From the human T2T-CHM13v2.0 reference genome, Homo sapiens, in the NCBI RefSeq assembly GCF_009914755.1, contig NC_060926.1: 64,000 nt of DNA, one strand, 5' to 3'. The notes under the pieces were generated by a model that made no database searches, was not told where the DNA came from, and was given only the letters and a program-made list of their open reading frames with translations. Shown piece after piece: positions 1 through 12,274 of this stretch. A program made the position numbers and the translations under genes. Each line of letters begins with the position of its first letter. Position 1 is the first letter of the stretch.

Positions 1-214
1 CCCCATTCTGAGCTGCAGCCCAGCCTGCTCCTGTTCACTTCCTCTGTCGTTCTGGGAGGTTTGTCAGCTTGCACCTCTTCAGCTCCTTCATGCTGACATC
101 ATGTTGGAAAAGCCACTTTACTTCTTAGAGATTCAAATAACCCAAGCCTTGCTTGACTTGCTTCTCAGGACAACAGAATAGACACCAATCAGAAACTCCA
201 TGGCAGTGTGAACT

Positions 215-575
215 GTTTTTACCTTCCAGGCCCTGCCTTTCTCTGCTGGCTGTCTTCATCGGGATCACACCAGAACTTCTAGCTTATCACATCTTTGCTT
301 GACTAACTTCAATTCATCCTCTAAGACTTAGCTCAGGTATGACCTGCCCTGGGAAGCTCCTTTGAGACCCTCACTGCCCTCCCAGGGCCATATGCTGATT
401 TTCTCTATGACAATTTTACATTAAAGCCGTGTGCCCATTTTGCCTACTAAATTTGGAGCTTGTTTTGCAGAGGGAAATTCCCTAATGATCTTAATGGTAC
501 TCTCTGTTAGCCTGAAGCCTGGTATCCTGTAGACATTGATTCTTATAATAATATTGATGAATGAATAAACAAATG
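215..575 (+). mobile_element. L2 LINE 3' fragment (degenerate)
   Basis: L2 3'-like tcatcctctaagacttagctcagg...cctgggaagctcc, ending in a tgaatgaataaa tail; boundaries approximate. Confidence 0.55.
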
Positions 576-764
576 AGAAATTGTGAAGATGGGGCATTAT
601 CTTTCTAATGATCATCACTGTATTTGGTGTAACCATTCATATTCATTTAATGCCAAGATATAGTAGCAAGTGCAAAGGTATACTGCCAACTGTGTGAAAT
701 GCTATTGATAGATACTTCTGCTGAAACCATGTACATTATATGCTAATAAAATAAACTAAAATAT

Positions 765-960
765 GTCTTGTGTTCCTCTAAGTGCTTTGCAAATATCAAC
801 TCATGTAACCTTCATACAACCCTATGTGGTATATGCTATTATTAACCTCAATTTTCAGATGGAGAAACAGGTATAGAGAGTTAAACACCTAGTTCAAGAC
901 CGAAGAGCTACAAAGAAGACAGAATTGGAGTTCAGACAGTCTTTGCTCAGGGTACGTTCT
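765..960 (-). mobile_element. MIR SINE
   Basis: Reverse-complement MIR core: aaccctatgtggtatatgctattattaacctcaattttcagatggagaaacagg. Confidence 0.75.
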
Positions 961-2296
961 CTGCCCAGGCAGGGCGGGCATTCCTAGTGGGTCCTTCTCC
1001 CTTGCCTCTTTGAGGTGACTCACACCCTCTTTGGAGCAATTGCCTGATTTTATTGAAAGTGTCCATTTTCATTTTGGCTTGGTCTAGTAGACCGTGAATT
1101 CTTTAAGAAAGGTCATATTTCCCCACATCTTTCAGAATTCCTGGCACGTAACGGGTGCTGATTTTTGTTTGTTTTTTGTTTAATGAGTAGACGATCAAAG
1201 ATTCATTGAGTTGTGGAATCATCACATACCTCTGGAAGAAGCTGAGAGAAAATTTTGCGAGTTGCAAATGCCAGCTTAAGTGTTCAAATTGGTGCTTCCC
1301 AGCTTCACCACAGGGATGTCCTGTGTCCAGTGAGATAAGAAAAGTAGTTCAACAGAAAGTGACCCTCTTGTTAAATGTTTATGAAATGTAAAACATGGTA
1401 GTAATGGTCCTCTTTTACATCAGCTAAATAAATTATGTTCTTGGTCCACCCACCAGTGGACTTTTATGTCTTGGTTTCCTAACTACAAATTAATTCTGAG
1501 TAACATCTTCACTCAAACTTCCTGATAAAATAATCATATGCAATATAAAGGGGCCTTGAATTTTCCCTTAAGATTATAATTTCAAAGTCATTCTAGAATT
1601 GAGAGGAAAGAGAAGGGAAAGAGGGAGAAAAGAACCAAATAGCTATTTCAGTAAAGAGCACTTTCCTGGCTTTGGAGAGAATACAACAAAGGAGTAATCC
1701 TGCAATGGGTGAATACAACAAGCACAAAAGTTACAGTCTATGGACTCAGTCTGTAGGTGAAGACTGTGGTAATGTAGGAGGCTACATCGGTGATCCAGGC
1801 TGGCTTTTCCAAAGCCTGCTTGTGAAGATATTGGATTCCAAAACCTGAAAGATATTAGAGTCTCCTAAAGCTTTGCTCTGCCTGAGGCTTGCATTCCCCT
1901 GTGAACTCAGAATTTAGTGAATTTAAATCCACATGGACTTTAGGAGGCTTTGAGCTAGGATGAAACATGGACTGTCATTTTGAAGGTTTTTGCAGATATA
2001 TTAATTTATCCTGAACTGCAGATGCAGGCACATTCAAGAGGCCTAACCTGTCTATCTCATCCAATTAGGGACCAAAGTGTATTGGAGTTCACATAATTCA
2101 GTCTCCCATCTCTATGTAGATACTTCCCAAACCACCCAAGGCTGAATGTAAAAAAGTCAGTTGGCAGTGAAGGATAAGACTACATCCTCTCTCCTGGAGC
2201 CTTTTCCATGTTCTTTCAGAACCTCATGGCTATGCTGCAATCACCTTATTTAACTCTTAAGTGGTAAGCAAGTGTCCTTAAAACAGGCCCAATCTG

Positions 2297-2741
<445 letters not shown>

Positions 2742-3024
2742 TTAATCCTTCCCCAGATTTACTCTTTACCTGATGCAAGCAGGAAAATTTAGAAAAATGA
2801 TATTTTCCAAAATATGTATCTCTCTAATTAAAAATGTGGTAGTAAGGTCAGTTTGGTAAATATTTGTGGAGTTCCAACTCTGTGTCCTACAGTAGAAGAA
2901 TACGAAGAATAACAAGTCACAGCCACTGCATGAAGCGTAAAGACATTAAACCAAACATACAGAAACAACTGCAATGTAAATAAGAACTCTAAAGGTTCTA
3001 ATGGGAGAGAACTCATACACTTAG

Positions 3025-3180
3025 GCCTGTGTTCCCCAAGGCATGCTCCATGTATCTTCTGCATCAGACTCATCTGAATGTTATTGAAATGGACGTTTTG
3101 AGAGTCTACTCCAGACCTGTGGAATCAGAATCTCTACAGGCAGGACTTGGAATTCTTTACTTTAATCAACACCCACAAAA
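3025..3180. mobile_element. MER5-family hAT-Charlie relic
   Basis: ccagacctgtggaatcagaatctctacagg...tttaatcaacacc matches the MER5 core. Confidence 0.6.
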
Positions 3181-3314
3181 CCAAACGTTTTGTTCTCTGA
3201 ATGACTCAAGAGAGTCAGAGATCTGCTTGGAGGCAGTAGAATTAAAGATGGTTGCAATTTCAAAAATAAGAAATGCAAGAAAGGGATTTTGTGCAGAAGG
3301 AGCAGTAAGGCACC

Positions 3315-3535
3315 GCCGGGCGCGGTTGCTCACGCCTGTAATCCCAGCACTTTGGGAGGCCGAGGCGGGCGGATCACGAGGTCAGGAGATCGAGACCATC
3401 CTGGCTAACATGGTGAAACCCCATCTCTACTAAAAAATACAAAAAATTAGCCGGGCGTTGTGGCGGGCGCCTGTAGTCCCAGCTACTCCGCAGGCTGAGG
3501 CAGGAGAATGGCCCGAACCCGGGAGGCGGAGCTTG
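3315..3535 (+). mobile_element. AluY, 3'-truncated, no poly(A) tail
   Basis: CpG-rich AluY sequence stops at ggcggagcttg (about nt 220); aggcacc(g) repeated at 3308-3315 and 3537-3544. Confidence 0.95.
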
Positions 3536-3779
3536 GAGGCACCGAAAAAAAGCCTTGGGAAGCATCCTGGGAAGGAATGCACTTTGGCTGGAACATACTG
3601 TATGTGAAGATGAGCCGGGCAAGATGAGCCGGAACGTGACATTGGGTCTTCTGCCCTAAGACTATTACTTGTTTGAAGACTGCTAAAGGGCAGACTGCAC
3701 TTCTGTTAAGTTTGGTTACGACTCTAATCTCATGAGGATATTTAATTTATTTTTCACTTCAATTGGTTTCTTAGCATGA

Positions 3780-4020
3780 TATTATGGTATAGTGAAAACA
3801 ACTTCAATTTTTTATTTCTGATTTTGTTTTCCTTAAACCAGCATTGATGTAAATTCTAGCCCCATCACGTATTAGCTTTATGATCTCATGCTAAATCAGA
3901 GCCTCAGTTTGTGCACCAACCAAATGGACATAACAACAACCAGTTGTCTTTAGGGATTAGCAGTAATGCACAGTAGTGACCTGGGATATAAGAAGCACTC
4001 AATAAAGGGAAGCTATCATT
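3780..4020 (+). mobile_element. MIR SINE
   Basis: gagcctcagtttgtgcacc...aaatgg and 3' end gcactcaataaagggaagctatcatt. Confidence 0.65.
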
Positions 4021-4844
4021 GAAGAATTATTGAACTTTTAGGACATCGGGAAAGAAGCTTGGTTTTTCCTGACCTCTCCTTGGATCTAGCAAATCACCTT
4101 ACGATTTTTATCTTCAGATTCAACTGTCTACCTGGTGTATTTACGATCTCACTGAATTTCAACTTCTGAAACTCTTTTAAAGCCATGTCAGCCAGGGACA
4201 GCGTTGAGTCCTTGTGTTAGGATGGCCTGGTGCCAAGGCAAATGTTTAAGCTTGGCTGAGGGCTTGACAAGTTGCATTCAATGAATGTTCTACGTTTTAA
4301 AGAAAATGAAAACCCAGGAGCTTTTTTGGGAACAGAGGGTTGGCTTCTCAGCTGGTGGATAATAACCACACAGGTGCACTGCCTCCCAGTGACGCGGGGT
4401 GAACATTTGACCCATAGAGCCTGGTGAAGCCATCCCTGGGAAAGCCTGAAGCAAGTGCAGCTCTGAGTGTGTGCAGCTCTGTTTGACTTGGCTGCAGTCC
4501 CCACAAACCTGGTGGGGGGTATAGCCCAGAGGAAAACAGCCTTGACACTGACTCTGGTCACTGCCATGCTCTGGGCCACCTGTGGGTTTCACAACCCACT
4601 TTCCCTTGCCCACAGCATCCCAGCCAGTTAGTGTGTATTCCCAGAAAAGAAAGATCCCATTGCTCTCTTGCTCCAATGCTCAGTATCTGCCCAGGGTCGA
4701 CGCCTAAAGGCACTCACCTGTGTACACCTCTGAGCACAGGCGCTGGGCCAGCTGCACCATCAGAAATCTTTGTTGATTCTGAGTCTCTCTCCTATTTCCA
4801 AGCATCAATAAATATACAAGTTCTATTGCAATGGGGAAGAAACT

Positions 4845-5066
4845 AATGTTCAGTAAGCACCTGCCTCCAGCCAGGTGCTTTCACAAGCAGTACTTTGTTT
4901 AATCTTCTAAGCAACTGTATAAGAAAGGTGTTAATATATTTATTTGATAAAGATGGTGAGGTTTCGAAGTCTTAAGTAACTTGAAAATGAGACATCAGAG
5001 GAGAAAAGATTTGGACTCAGCATTCTGACCCTGAGTTCATGATCTTTGCCTTCACTATGCTGCCTC
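4845..5066 (-). mobile_element. MIR SINE
   Basis: ttaagtaacttg...ctgaccctgagttcatgatctttgccttcactatgctgcctc (reverse complement of the MIR 5' end). Confidence 0.65.
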
Positions 5067-5235
5067 AATATGTTCTAGAAAGAGCAGTGGGTCAGGGGAG
5101 GAGAAATCTGGATTCTAGCCCAAGTTCTCAAATTGGCTAGAGACGAATCGCTCCCTCTATTTCAATGTCTCTGACCCTATTTATAAATGGAGGGTATGGA
5201 CAAGCTCCCTCTAGGGCTCTTCCAATTTTAATGTA
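5067..5235 (+). mobile_element. MIR/MIR3 SINE, head-to-head with the previous MIR
   Basis: gaaaagagcagtggg...ctggattctagcc...ataaatggaggg...ggctcttccaattttaa. Confidence 0.5.
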
Positions 5236-5514
5236 TATTTTGGGCTTGCATATCAACCCCTGGGACAAAATATGGGTGTTGGGTATTCTTTGCTTCTGTT
5301 AGTCCCTGCCAAAAAAACTCCGTGTGTGTTCTGAGAGACCAGTGGAGAAGCGGTCTAGATGTCATTGCACTGTGGGCTCCATGGTTAGGGAGGACTTTAA
5401 GATATGGTGGGCTCTTTTCAGCCCCAATACAGACAGCACAGCCTCTAGTAAAGGTTGTTTACACAACAGGAAGAAGCAGCAACACTCCTATGCTTCCAAG
5501 GACAAGAACAAGGG

Positions 5515-5720
5515 TAGACACTTGATAGACTTCAGAGTGGGCCAGGCCCTGTTGTGGGCTTTTTACGTCTGTTGGCCTCCTTCACCTTTACAACCAAAAG
5601 AGTTGGTTTTCCAATTTTGCACATATGTTGAAAAACCGAGGCACAGACATGTCCCACACACAGCTCACAGAGGAGGAGCCGGGCGTTGTACCCTGTTAGT
5701 TGCTCTAACCATGACATTAT
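5515..5720 (-). mobile_element. MIR SINE
   Basis: ccaattttgcacatatgttgaaaaaccgaggcacaga core. Confidence 0.6.
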
Positions 5721-7479
5721 ATGTGGTATTTTGACAAAGGCAGGCATGTGGAAACTGCCCATTCAGAAACTTGCTCTATATTTTGAAAAAGGAATAAAAT
5801 GAATGGTGATTGCGCAGCTGGGGCTCGGTGGCCACCCCACCTATGTCATTTCATTTAATTCTCACAGCACCACTTCATTTAGTTGGCATCTTGGTGAAAT
5901 CATGGCTGAGAAGTTGGAAAAGATCTGTTTTCAGGGAGCAGAGGTTTTACTGCTGTGGACTTTCTGAACACACATCCTGTGCTCTCCCAGCCACCAGCCT
6001 GCTTGAATGGGACAGAATCCCTGGGTCACCCTCTCTTTCTGTCCGGTGACAACCTTCCCTGTTTCTTTATGGGATTCGAAGGTAGGAACGGATTGATCTG
6101 TATCACAGTCTTCAGGACTCATTCTTATTTGGGGAGGAACTTCAAATACAGGATGGGAATAAAGGACGTTAGAAAGAATCCTACGGAGCATAACATTTTT
6201 AACTATGGATTTGCTTATTTCTCTGCATATCCCTGTCTCCATTAATCCACATGGATTTGAGTGCAGGAAACATCTTTCGTTTCTGCCCTCCAGACCCTAG
6301 TGTAGGTCACTGCACAAAGCCAATGGTCCCATCTCCCTTTCTCCTGCTCTGTGAGCAGGTGCTGTGGCTCCCCAGGGTGCAGGTGAGAGGCTGCACAGGA
6401 ACGCGCGTTCCACTGCCTGCTGGGAGCCGAGAATCTGCATTCTTACATCCAAGACCCATCAGAACAGAGCTGATTATCTTTGCCCAAAAGACCACTGGGA
6501 AAACTTCAGAGGTGAAGGATCAGTATAATTGGCTGTTTTAAAATGTATTAAGGTACCAAAAAAGGTGGATTAACTCCGTTTCTGAGTATACATTCAGACA
6601 GCATTTTGGCTTGGATTTTATTTATGGAATCATCATCTTACTAATAAAACCAGATTGATTGAACGCAATCACAGCTTGTATTTTCAAGGTAATCACTTCA
6701 GAGGGACAGAAAGACAGGGAACACAGTTTGGGGAGAGGGAGAAAGAGGAAGGAAGATGAAGAGGAAGAAAGAGAGAATGTTGCAAAATAGGAACTCACTT
6801 CACAGTATTCCTGACTTTCCTCCCCAGGTGCAGAAGAAGCCACACATGCCTGGTGTTCAAACCTATTTTTAGCCATGGTTTTTAACTTTGTAGCCTCATT
6901 CCATGTAATCACATGTGTCTCTAACCTCTACTTACTTACCCAAATGTATGAGAATCTGTTCAAAGAAGTACAATTTAATCTCATTTGAAGATTAGGCAAT
7001 TGCCAAATTGTTTCAACCTGGTTGAGAATGACAACCAGATCTTCTGGGCTGTTTGGACCCCCTTAAAATTATATACCAAGTTTAATCAGAAATCATTCAC
7101 CTTCTTCTTAAATCATCGGGACATTTTTTGAAAATGGAACGTGCCCAGCATTAGAGTTGAAACAAAGCCCTTGTGTTGTTTGTTGATTTAAGGAAGCACA
7201 GCATACTTTTGGAAGTTATTTGAACACAGGTGCACAGGGAACCCGGCAGCTTCCATGCACCTTTTGGCTCCATCCCAGGTCCTGTGTCAGCAAGGCCTGT
7301 GGCCTGCCCAACACATGAGGAAGCTTCTGATTTTAGTGAAATATGGATGTTGAGACGAGTTTGGGGTAGGTGTTTCCTAGAATGCCAAGGATGATGATGA
7401 AAGATCAGCTTACTTAAAAATGCATGATTTCATCCCATAGATATGGAAACCCAAGATGGCAGAAAAGAGAAAGCTTAAT

Positions 7480-7480
<1 letters not shown>

Positions 7481-7515
<35 letters not shown>

Positions 7516-7522
7516 TGTGTGT
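7481..7522. repeat. (GT)n microsatellite
   Basis: About 21 units with one interruption. Confidence 0.98.
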
Positions 7523-7589
7523 TTCCCCAGAAATAGACACAAGATAGAAACAGCGTGTATGAAGCTGGGTTAAGGCTCTGTACCTAAAG

Positions 7590-7950
7590 AGTCACTGAGT
7601 TGGAAGGGATGTTATAGACTCTAATTCAGAGGCTTCTAGATGCCAGCCCAGGAATTAATAACAAACAGACTGCTTAGCAACAGCCTGGCTTGCTTCTTGA
7701 AAAGTCATATTCCTAGGTCCCATTTCAGACTTGAGGAATTAGAATCTCTAAGAAGCCACTTGAGGATCAATGGGTTCTGAAGAGCTCCCCAGGTTCCTCT
7801 AATGCATAACGTGGTTTAGATACTCTTTATTTAAATCTCTTACCTTATAAATGAAAAAAGTGAGATGCTGAGACATTGGCAAAAGTCACTCAAGGCCACC
7901 CATCTGGTGAGCAGGGAGCCCTCTTATGATCCAAGTCTCCCCATTCCTGT
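7590..7950 (-). mobile_element. MIR3-like SINE interrupted by a MER5 element (about 7628-7825)
   Basis: gagttggaagggatgttatagactcta, then MER5 core tcctaggtcccatttcagacttgaggaattagaatctct, then MIR resumes at ttataaatgaaaaaagtgag...caaggccaccca. Confidence 0.55.
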
Positions 7951-8340
7951 TGCAGTTTTCAGAAAGGTTGGAGAGGACACGTGTGTGACGTTGGCTTGAC
8001 TCAGGTTTCACTTTGAAACCCTTTTGTTTTTTTTTAAAAAAAGGAACCTCTTCTCTTTTGGCAGGCTGCCTTCGCTTCCCCTACAAATAATTCTGTCTTT
8101 CAAACAAAGCTAAGCTTTTCTAAAGCTTAGAAAATCCATCCTAATCACAGTGTAGTTTCCCTCTTGTAAGTTTTATGAAAAGCTTAAGCCATTTTCTTCT
8201 TGCTGGGCTGTGGAAAAGGGAAGTTGTCTCATACCTCCTAGTCATTGTGAAATAGCCAATGGAGTAGTTTTGTGGGCATTAATCCTTTCCATTTATTTCA
8301 GTTGTCTAAAAATGTAAAGAATGTTTATTATGACCTAGGG

Positions 8341-8505
8341 CAGGGGTTGACAAATTCGTTCTGGAAAGGGTGGGTGGTAAATATCTTGCTGGCCATGTGG
8401 TCTCTCTCACAACTACTCAGTCCTGCCATTGACATGTCGCCAGGGACAGATAGCCTGTACAAAAGCGAGTGTGACAATGTTGCAATAAAACTTTATTGAC
8501 AAAAT
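8341..8505 (+). mobile_element. MER58A hAT-Charlie relic
   Basis: caggggttgacaaa start, ggccatgtggtctctctcacaactactcag, caataaaactttattgacaaaa. Confidence 0.8.
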
Positions 8506-8994
8506 CAGCTGATCTTTTGAGAGAACACAATCCAACTCACAACAGGGTCCCTGATTCTCCTTTTGCTGTTATCTACACAAGACCTGAGGACACTCAGAAG
8601 ACCCGGCACCTTCCACCCCACTCCTCACCCACCCAAACCTACAATCTGGCTTGGGAATGTCATGGGGGAAACCCCAGCATGGGGTTTGCCAGAGGTCCTT
8701 ACCAGAGGAGGTCCGGTAAGTTCCAGTTCTGGAACTCAGTAAGGGAGAGCATAAACAGGCTAGGCTATCCAAATGGAAGAGTCCACAAACCCAGTGAGGG
8801 AGGTGACTGAACCTTAGACAAGGCCATGACACCCACAGATCAGGAACCTGCTCATCAGGTGAGGAAATGCAGACCCTCTGTGGCTCGTTTGGAGGATGTT
8901 CTTGTAGAGCTAGGTCCACTCACCCGTCAAAAGTGCAACACTTACCTGTTAAAGGGTGTTGCTTCATACTTGACCACACCTTAATATGCACATG

Positions 8995-9851
8995 CAACTG
9001 TTACCATGAAAGGGCTCTGTGACATTCTTATGGATCAGAAGCAAAGAAAACAATATGTTTGATTGAGTTCCAGATTTCCACTGTTTATAATATGTAATGA
9101 ACATGATTGTACATAGATTTCGAAAAACAATCAAACAATACATTTCATCGGTTTCCAAATTTTCCACTGTTTATAACATGTAATGAATATAATCTTACAT
9201 AGATTTTGAAAAATAGTGTGACTGTTCCTTAGGATAAATTCCTAGAATCGAATTGGATTCAGAATGGGAGACATCCACATACCAAGCACCAGAAGCCACA
9301 ACCTCTGAAGGAAGCATGGACTAGTTGAAAAATATGAGACAGCCACGGAGGCATCCAGCAACCTACACAGCTTCACCGTTTGCTTGGATCTGAAACAGAA
9401 TGGCAGACGTTGGTTTGGAGATTGGGAAGCAGAGAATTAGAGGAGGAAGTCAGAGTTAAAGTCTTTGAATATTTCACTGGGGGTGGGTAGGATTCTCCAG
9501 TCAAGATAAGAAAATTGTTAGAACAAAGATAATTTAAAAAAAAAAAAGATTAGAAAAAGAAAAAGAAACCTGCCAGAAAAATTAAGTTTCTCTTAATTTC
9601 TGACAATTCTAGTGGTTTTGGACAGGGTTTTGGAGACGGAGTTCTGTACACATCAGAAAAAGGGGGAGCTTGGCCAACAACTGTTACGATGAATGGGCTC
9701 CATGATATTCTTACGGATCAGAAGCAAACAAAACAATATGTTTGATTGGTTTCCAAATTTTCCACTGTTTATAATATGTAAAGAATATGATTTTACATAG
9801 ATTTTGAAAAACTGTGACTGTTCCTTAGAATAAATTCCTAGAATATAATTG
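8995..9851. repeat. Local dispersed direct duplication (8995-9254 vs 9678-9851) with an internal ~85-bp tandem duplication
   Basis: caactgttac(c/g)atgaa...ggatcagaagcaaa...ccactgtttataa...tacatagattt...gtgactgttccttag(g/a)ataaattcctagaat occurs in both copies; the core unit occurs three times. Confidence 0.93.
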
Positions 9852-10490
9852 CTGATTCACATAGCATGAATATCCTAAAATAAGTATAATAGGTATTGTA
9901 TATTTGCATTTTAAAGATTTTCAAAAATGTATGCTCCAATAACAGTACCTGAGGAACTCTATTTTTTGATCCTCTACTCAAATCATTTATACCCATCATT
10001 TCTGAAATTTTCTTAATTTAAACTTCTTAGAACAGAGGAAATTTCTTTTTGATTTGCTTTTTGTTTATTGGCACTTCCAATTTTAAGTATTGTATCTTTA
10101 CATCTTTGACTACTTTCAATGGGTTGCTTATTTCTTTTTTATTTTGTTGGTATTTTACATAGAAGGTAAATAAATCATCCTCTTGCAAATACAACCTCCT
10201 TTTGTCTTTGACATTCTACTTCATTTTATGAGTTTTTTGCCCTTCAGATTTTCTTCACATTTGTATGTATTCAAATGTCTCACTTTTTTTTTTTTTTTTT
10301 TTACTTTGTGGCTTTTTAGTTTTGTATCATACTGAGAAAGACTTTACCATTCCTAATTATTTATGCTTTAAATCATGTTTTTATTCCCTTTTAAATCCAT
10401 TAATCATTTATTTTGATCTAAGAACTGAGATGCAATCCAGTTTTCCTGACAATTTTCTCATGATTATAACATCTATTTTTAGATACCTAC
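9730..10490 (-). mobile_element. Old L1M (L1ME-like) 3' fragment
   Basis: ttccttagaataaattcctagaatataattgctg followed by T-rich L1 antisense sequence. Confidence 0.6.
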
Positions 10491-10492
10491 AA

Positions 10493-10865
10493 TGAATATC
10501 AGTCAGGGTTCCCTCAGTAAAACAGAACCAGTGGCATATAGATATTGAGGTCTATTGCAGGAATTGACTTATGCCATTCCAAAATCCATAAAGCTGGCCA
10601 TCTGGAGTGGCAGGCCAGAACTCTTAGGCACCAGCTAGAGCTGATCCACTAGCTGAATTTTTACTTCAGAGGAGTTTCTGCGCTGCTCTTCAGATCTCTC
10701 AAATGATTGAATCAGATCCACCCACATTAATCTCCCTAATGAATGTCAACAGATCGTGGACTTTAATCACACCTACAAGATACCTTCACAGTAACACCTG
10801 GATGAAGGTTGGACTAACTAGGAACTGTAGCCTAGACAGGTTGACACACAAAATTGCCCCTCGCA
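10493..10865 (-). mobile_element. MLT2-family (ERVL) solo LTR
   Basis: agtcagggttcc...acagaaccagt at one end and cctagacaggttgacacacaaaatt (reverse complement of the MLT2 5' end) at the other. Confidence 0.8.
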
Positions 10866-11077
10866 CTTACCTGTGCTACTTTCTAATGGACTGCCATTTG
10901 TTATGATTCTTATTTACTATCTTTGCAATAACGTTTACAAGTAAGATATTCTATTTTGTTTTTTTGTTTATTTTTGCATTGTATGCTAGATTAACTTTTA
11001 AAAACAAACATAAAGAGCTTGCATAAAAATGAAATCTTCTCTAAATTGGAAGCTTTTAAAAACTTGGTTTGGTCTTT

Positions 11078-11790
11078 GTAGGAGTCTGGGTCTAATCAGA
11101 AGACAGAATCCATGCAACAGGTTAAACAGGGAAGTTCAATATAAAGAATTACTAACTACTACAAAAGAGTAACTGATGTAAGGAAACTCTCTGGTACACT
11201 AGGACCAAGAGAGAGTACCCAAGTAAGGAAAAAGTTGGAAGGGAGTCAAACCTTGTTGGAGAAGATACAGTTTAACCCCCTGGGTGGTAGAGAAGTTCAT
11301 AGTTTAGCCAGGCCCAAGCTGGCCAGCAATCTCTGGGAAAGCAGGAGGCCTCCCTCTGAGTGTAGGGTGTGGGTCTGGGGAGAAGGCAGTCCCAGGACAG
11401 GTGGGACAGTGCACAGAAGGAGTGAGTGAGGAGGGGGTGGGGGCCAAACTTGTGTGACTGCATCAGGAGGGGGAAGAAAGAGACATGGGGCAGGGAGGTG
11501 TTGGGCAAGGGACAACTGCTCCATGTGACTCTCTGGACACAGGTGGAGCAAACAGGCTGCACAGCACAGGAGTTTGCTGAGGTTGTCCAGGCAGCATGGG
11601 GCAAGTGGCTCTCAGTGTCTGTGGGTCATTGCCTCCCAGGCTGGGGGTGTGCACAGGGCTGCGTTCAAGTTGGAGGATGGGGCAGACTCCCTGGGTGTCC
11701 TCACACCCCCCAACCAAGGGCCCCACCTTCTCGAGTAATCACAGAAACCCAGCTGCCCTGCATGGCCCCTGCAGTGTCTCTATTGCCTAA
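11078..11790 (-). mobile_element. ERVL LTR (LTR33/LTR41-like)
   Basis: gtctgggtctaatcagaagacagaatcc...aacagggaagttcaatataaagaattactaacta; right boundary uncertain. Confidence 0.5.
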
Positions 11791-12274
11791 CACCCCTGCT
11801 TACTTTAAAAGGGAAAGGAATCCCACTGTGGGTCTAGTAGGTGCCTTTGGATCTAAGAGGCAATAAATTGATGACTGACACAGCCACATTGTGGAGAGTG
11901 TTTGTTAGTTTTCTCCATAAATATTTTTCTGCTTAGGTTTCCTTTCTCTGCTTAAATCAATTTTGTGATAAGCTGGAAAGTTATTAACTTTATATGATCT
12001 CCAAGTTGTCTATTTAGTTATTGTTTTATTAATGTAATTATTAACATACATTTTATTAATATAATTGTTAATAATTATTGCATAATATCACTTCATAATT
12101 CAATTAATTTTTGCTGAGGCTAGTTGTTCATAAACTACCTTTCCACTAAGGACCACAGCCCACCCACCACTCTGCTCAGTGCTCTGGCCTCCTCTGTCCA
12201 TCCTGCCCTGCAGCTCCAGGCATGGGTCTTTGAATCTGCTGTCTACTCTTCTGGGAATCCACTCCCTGTCTATG

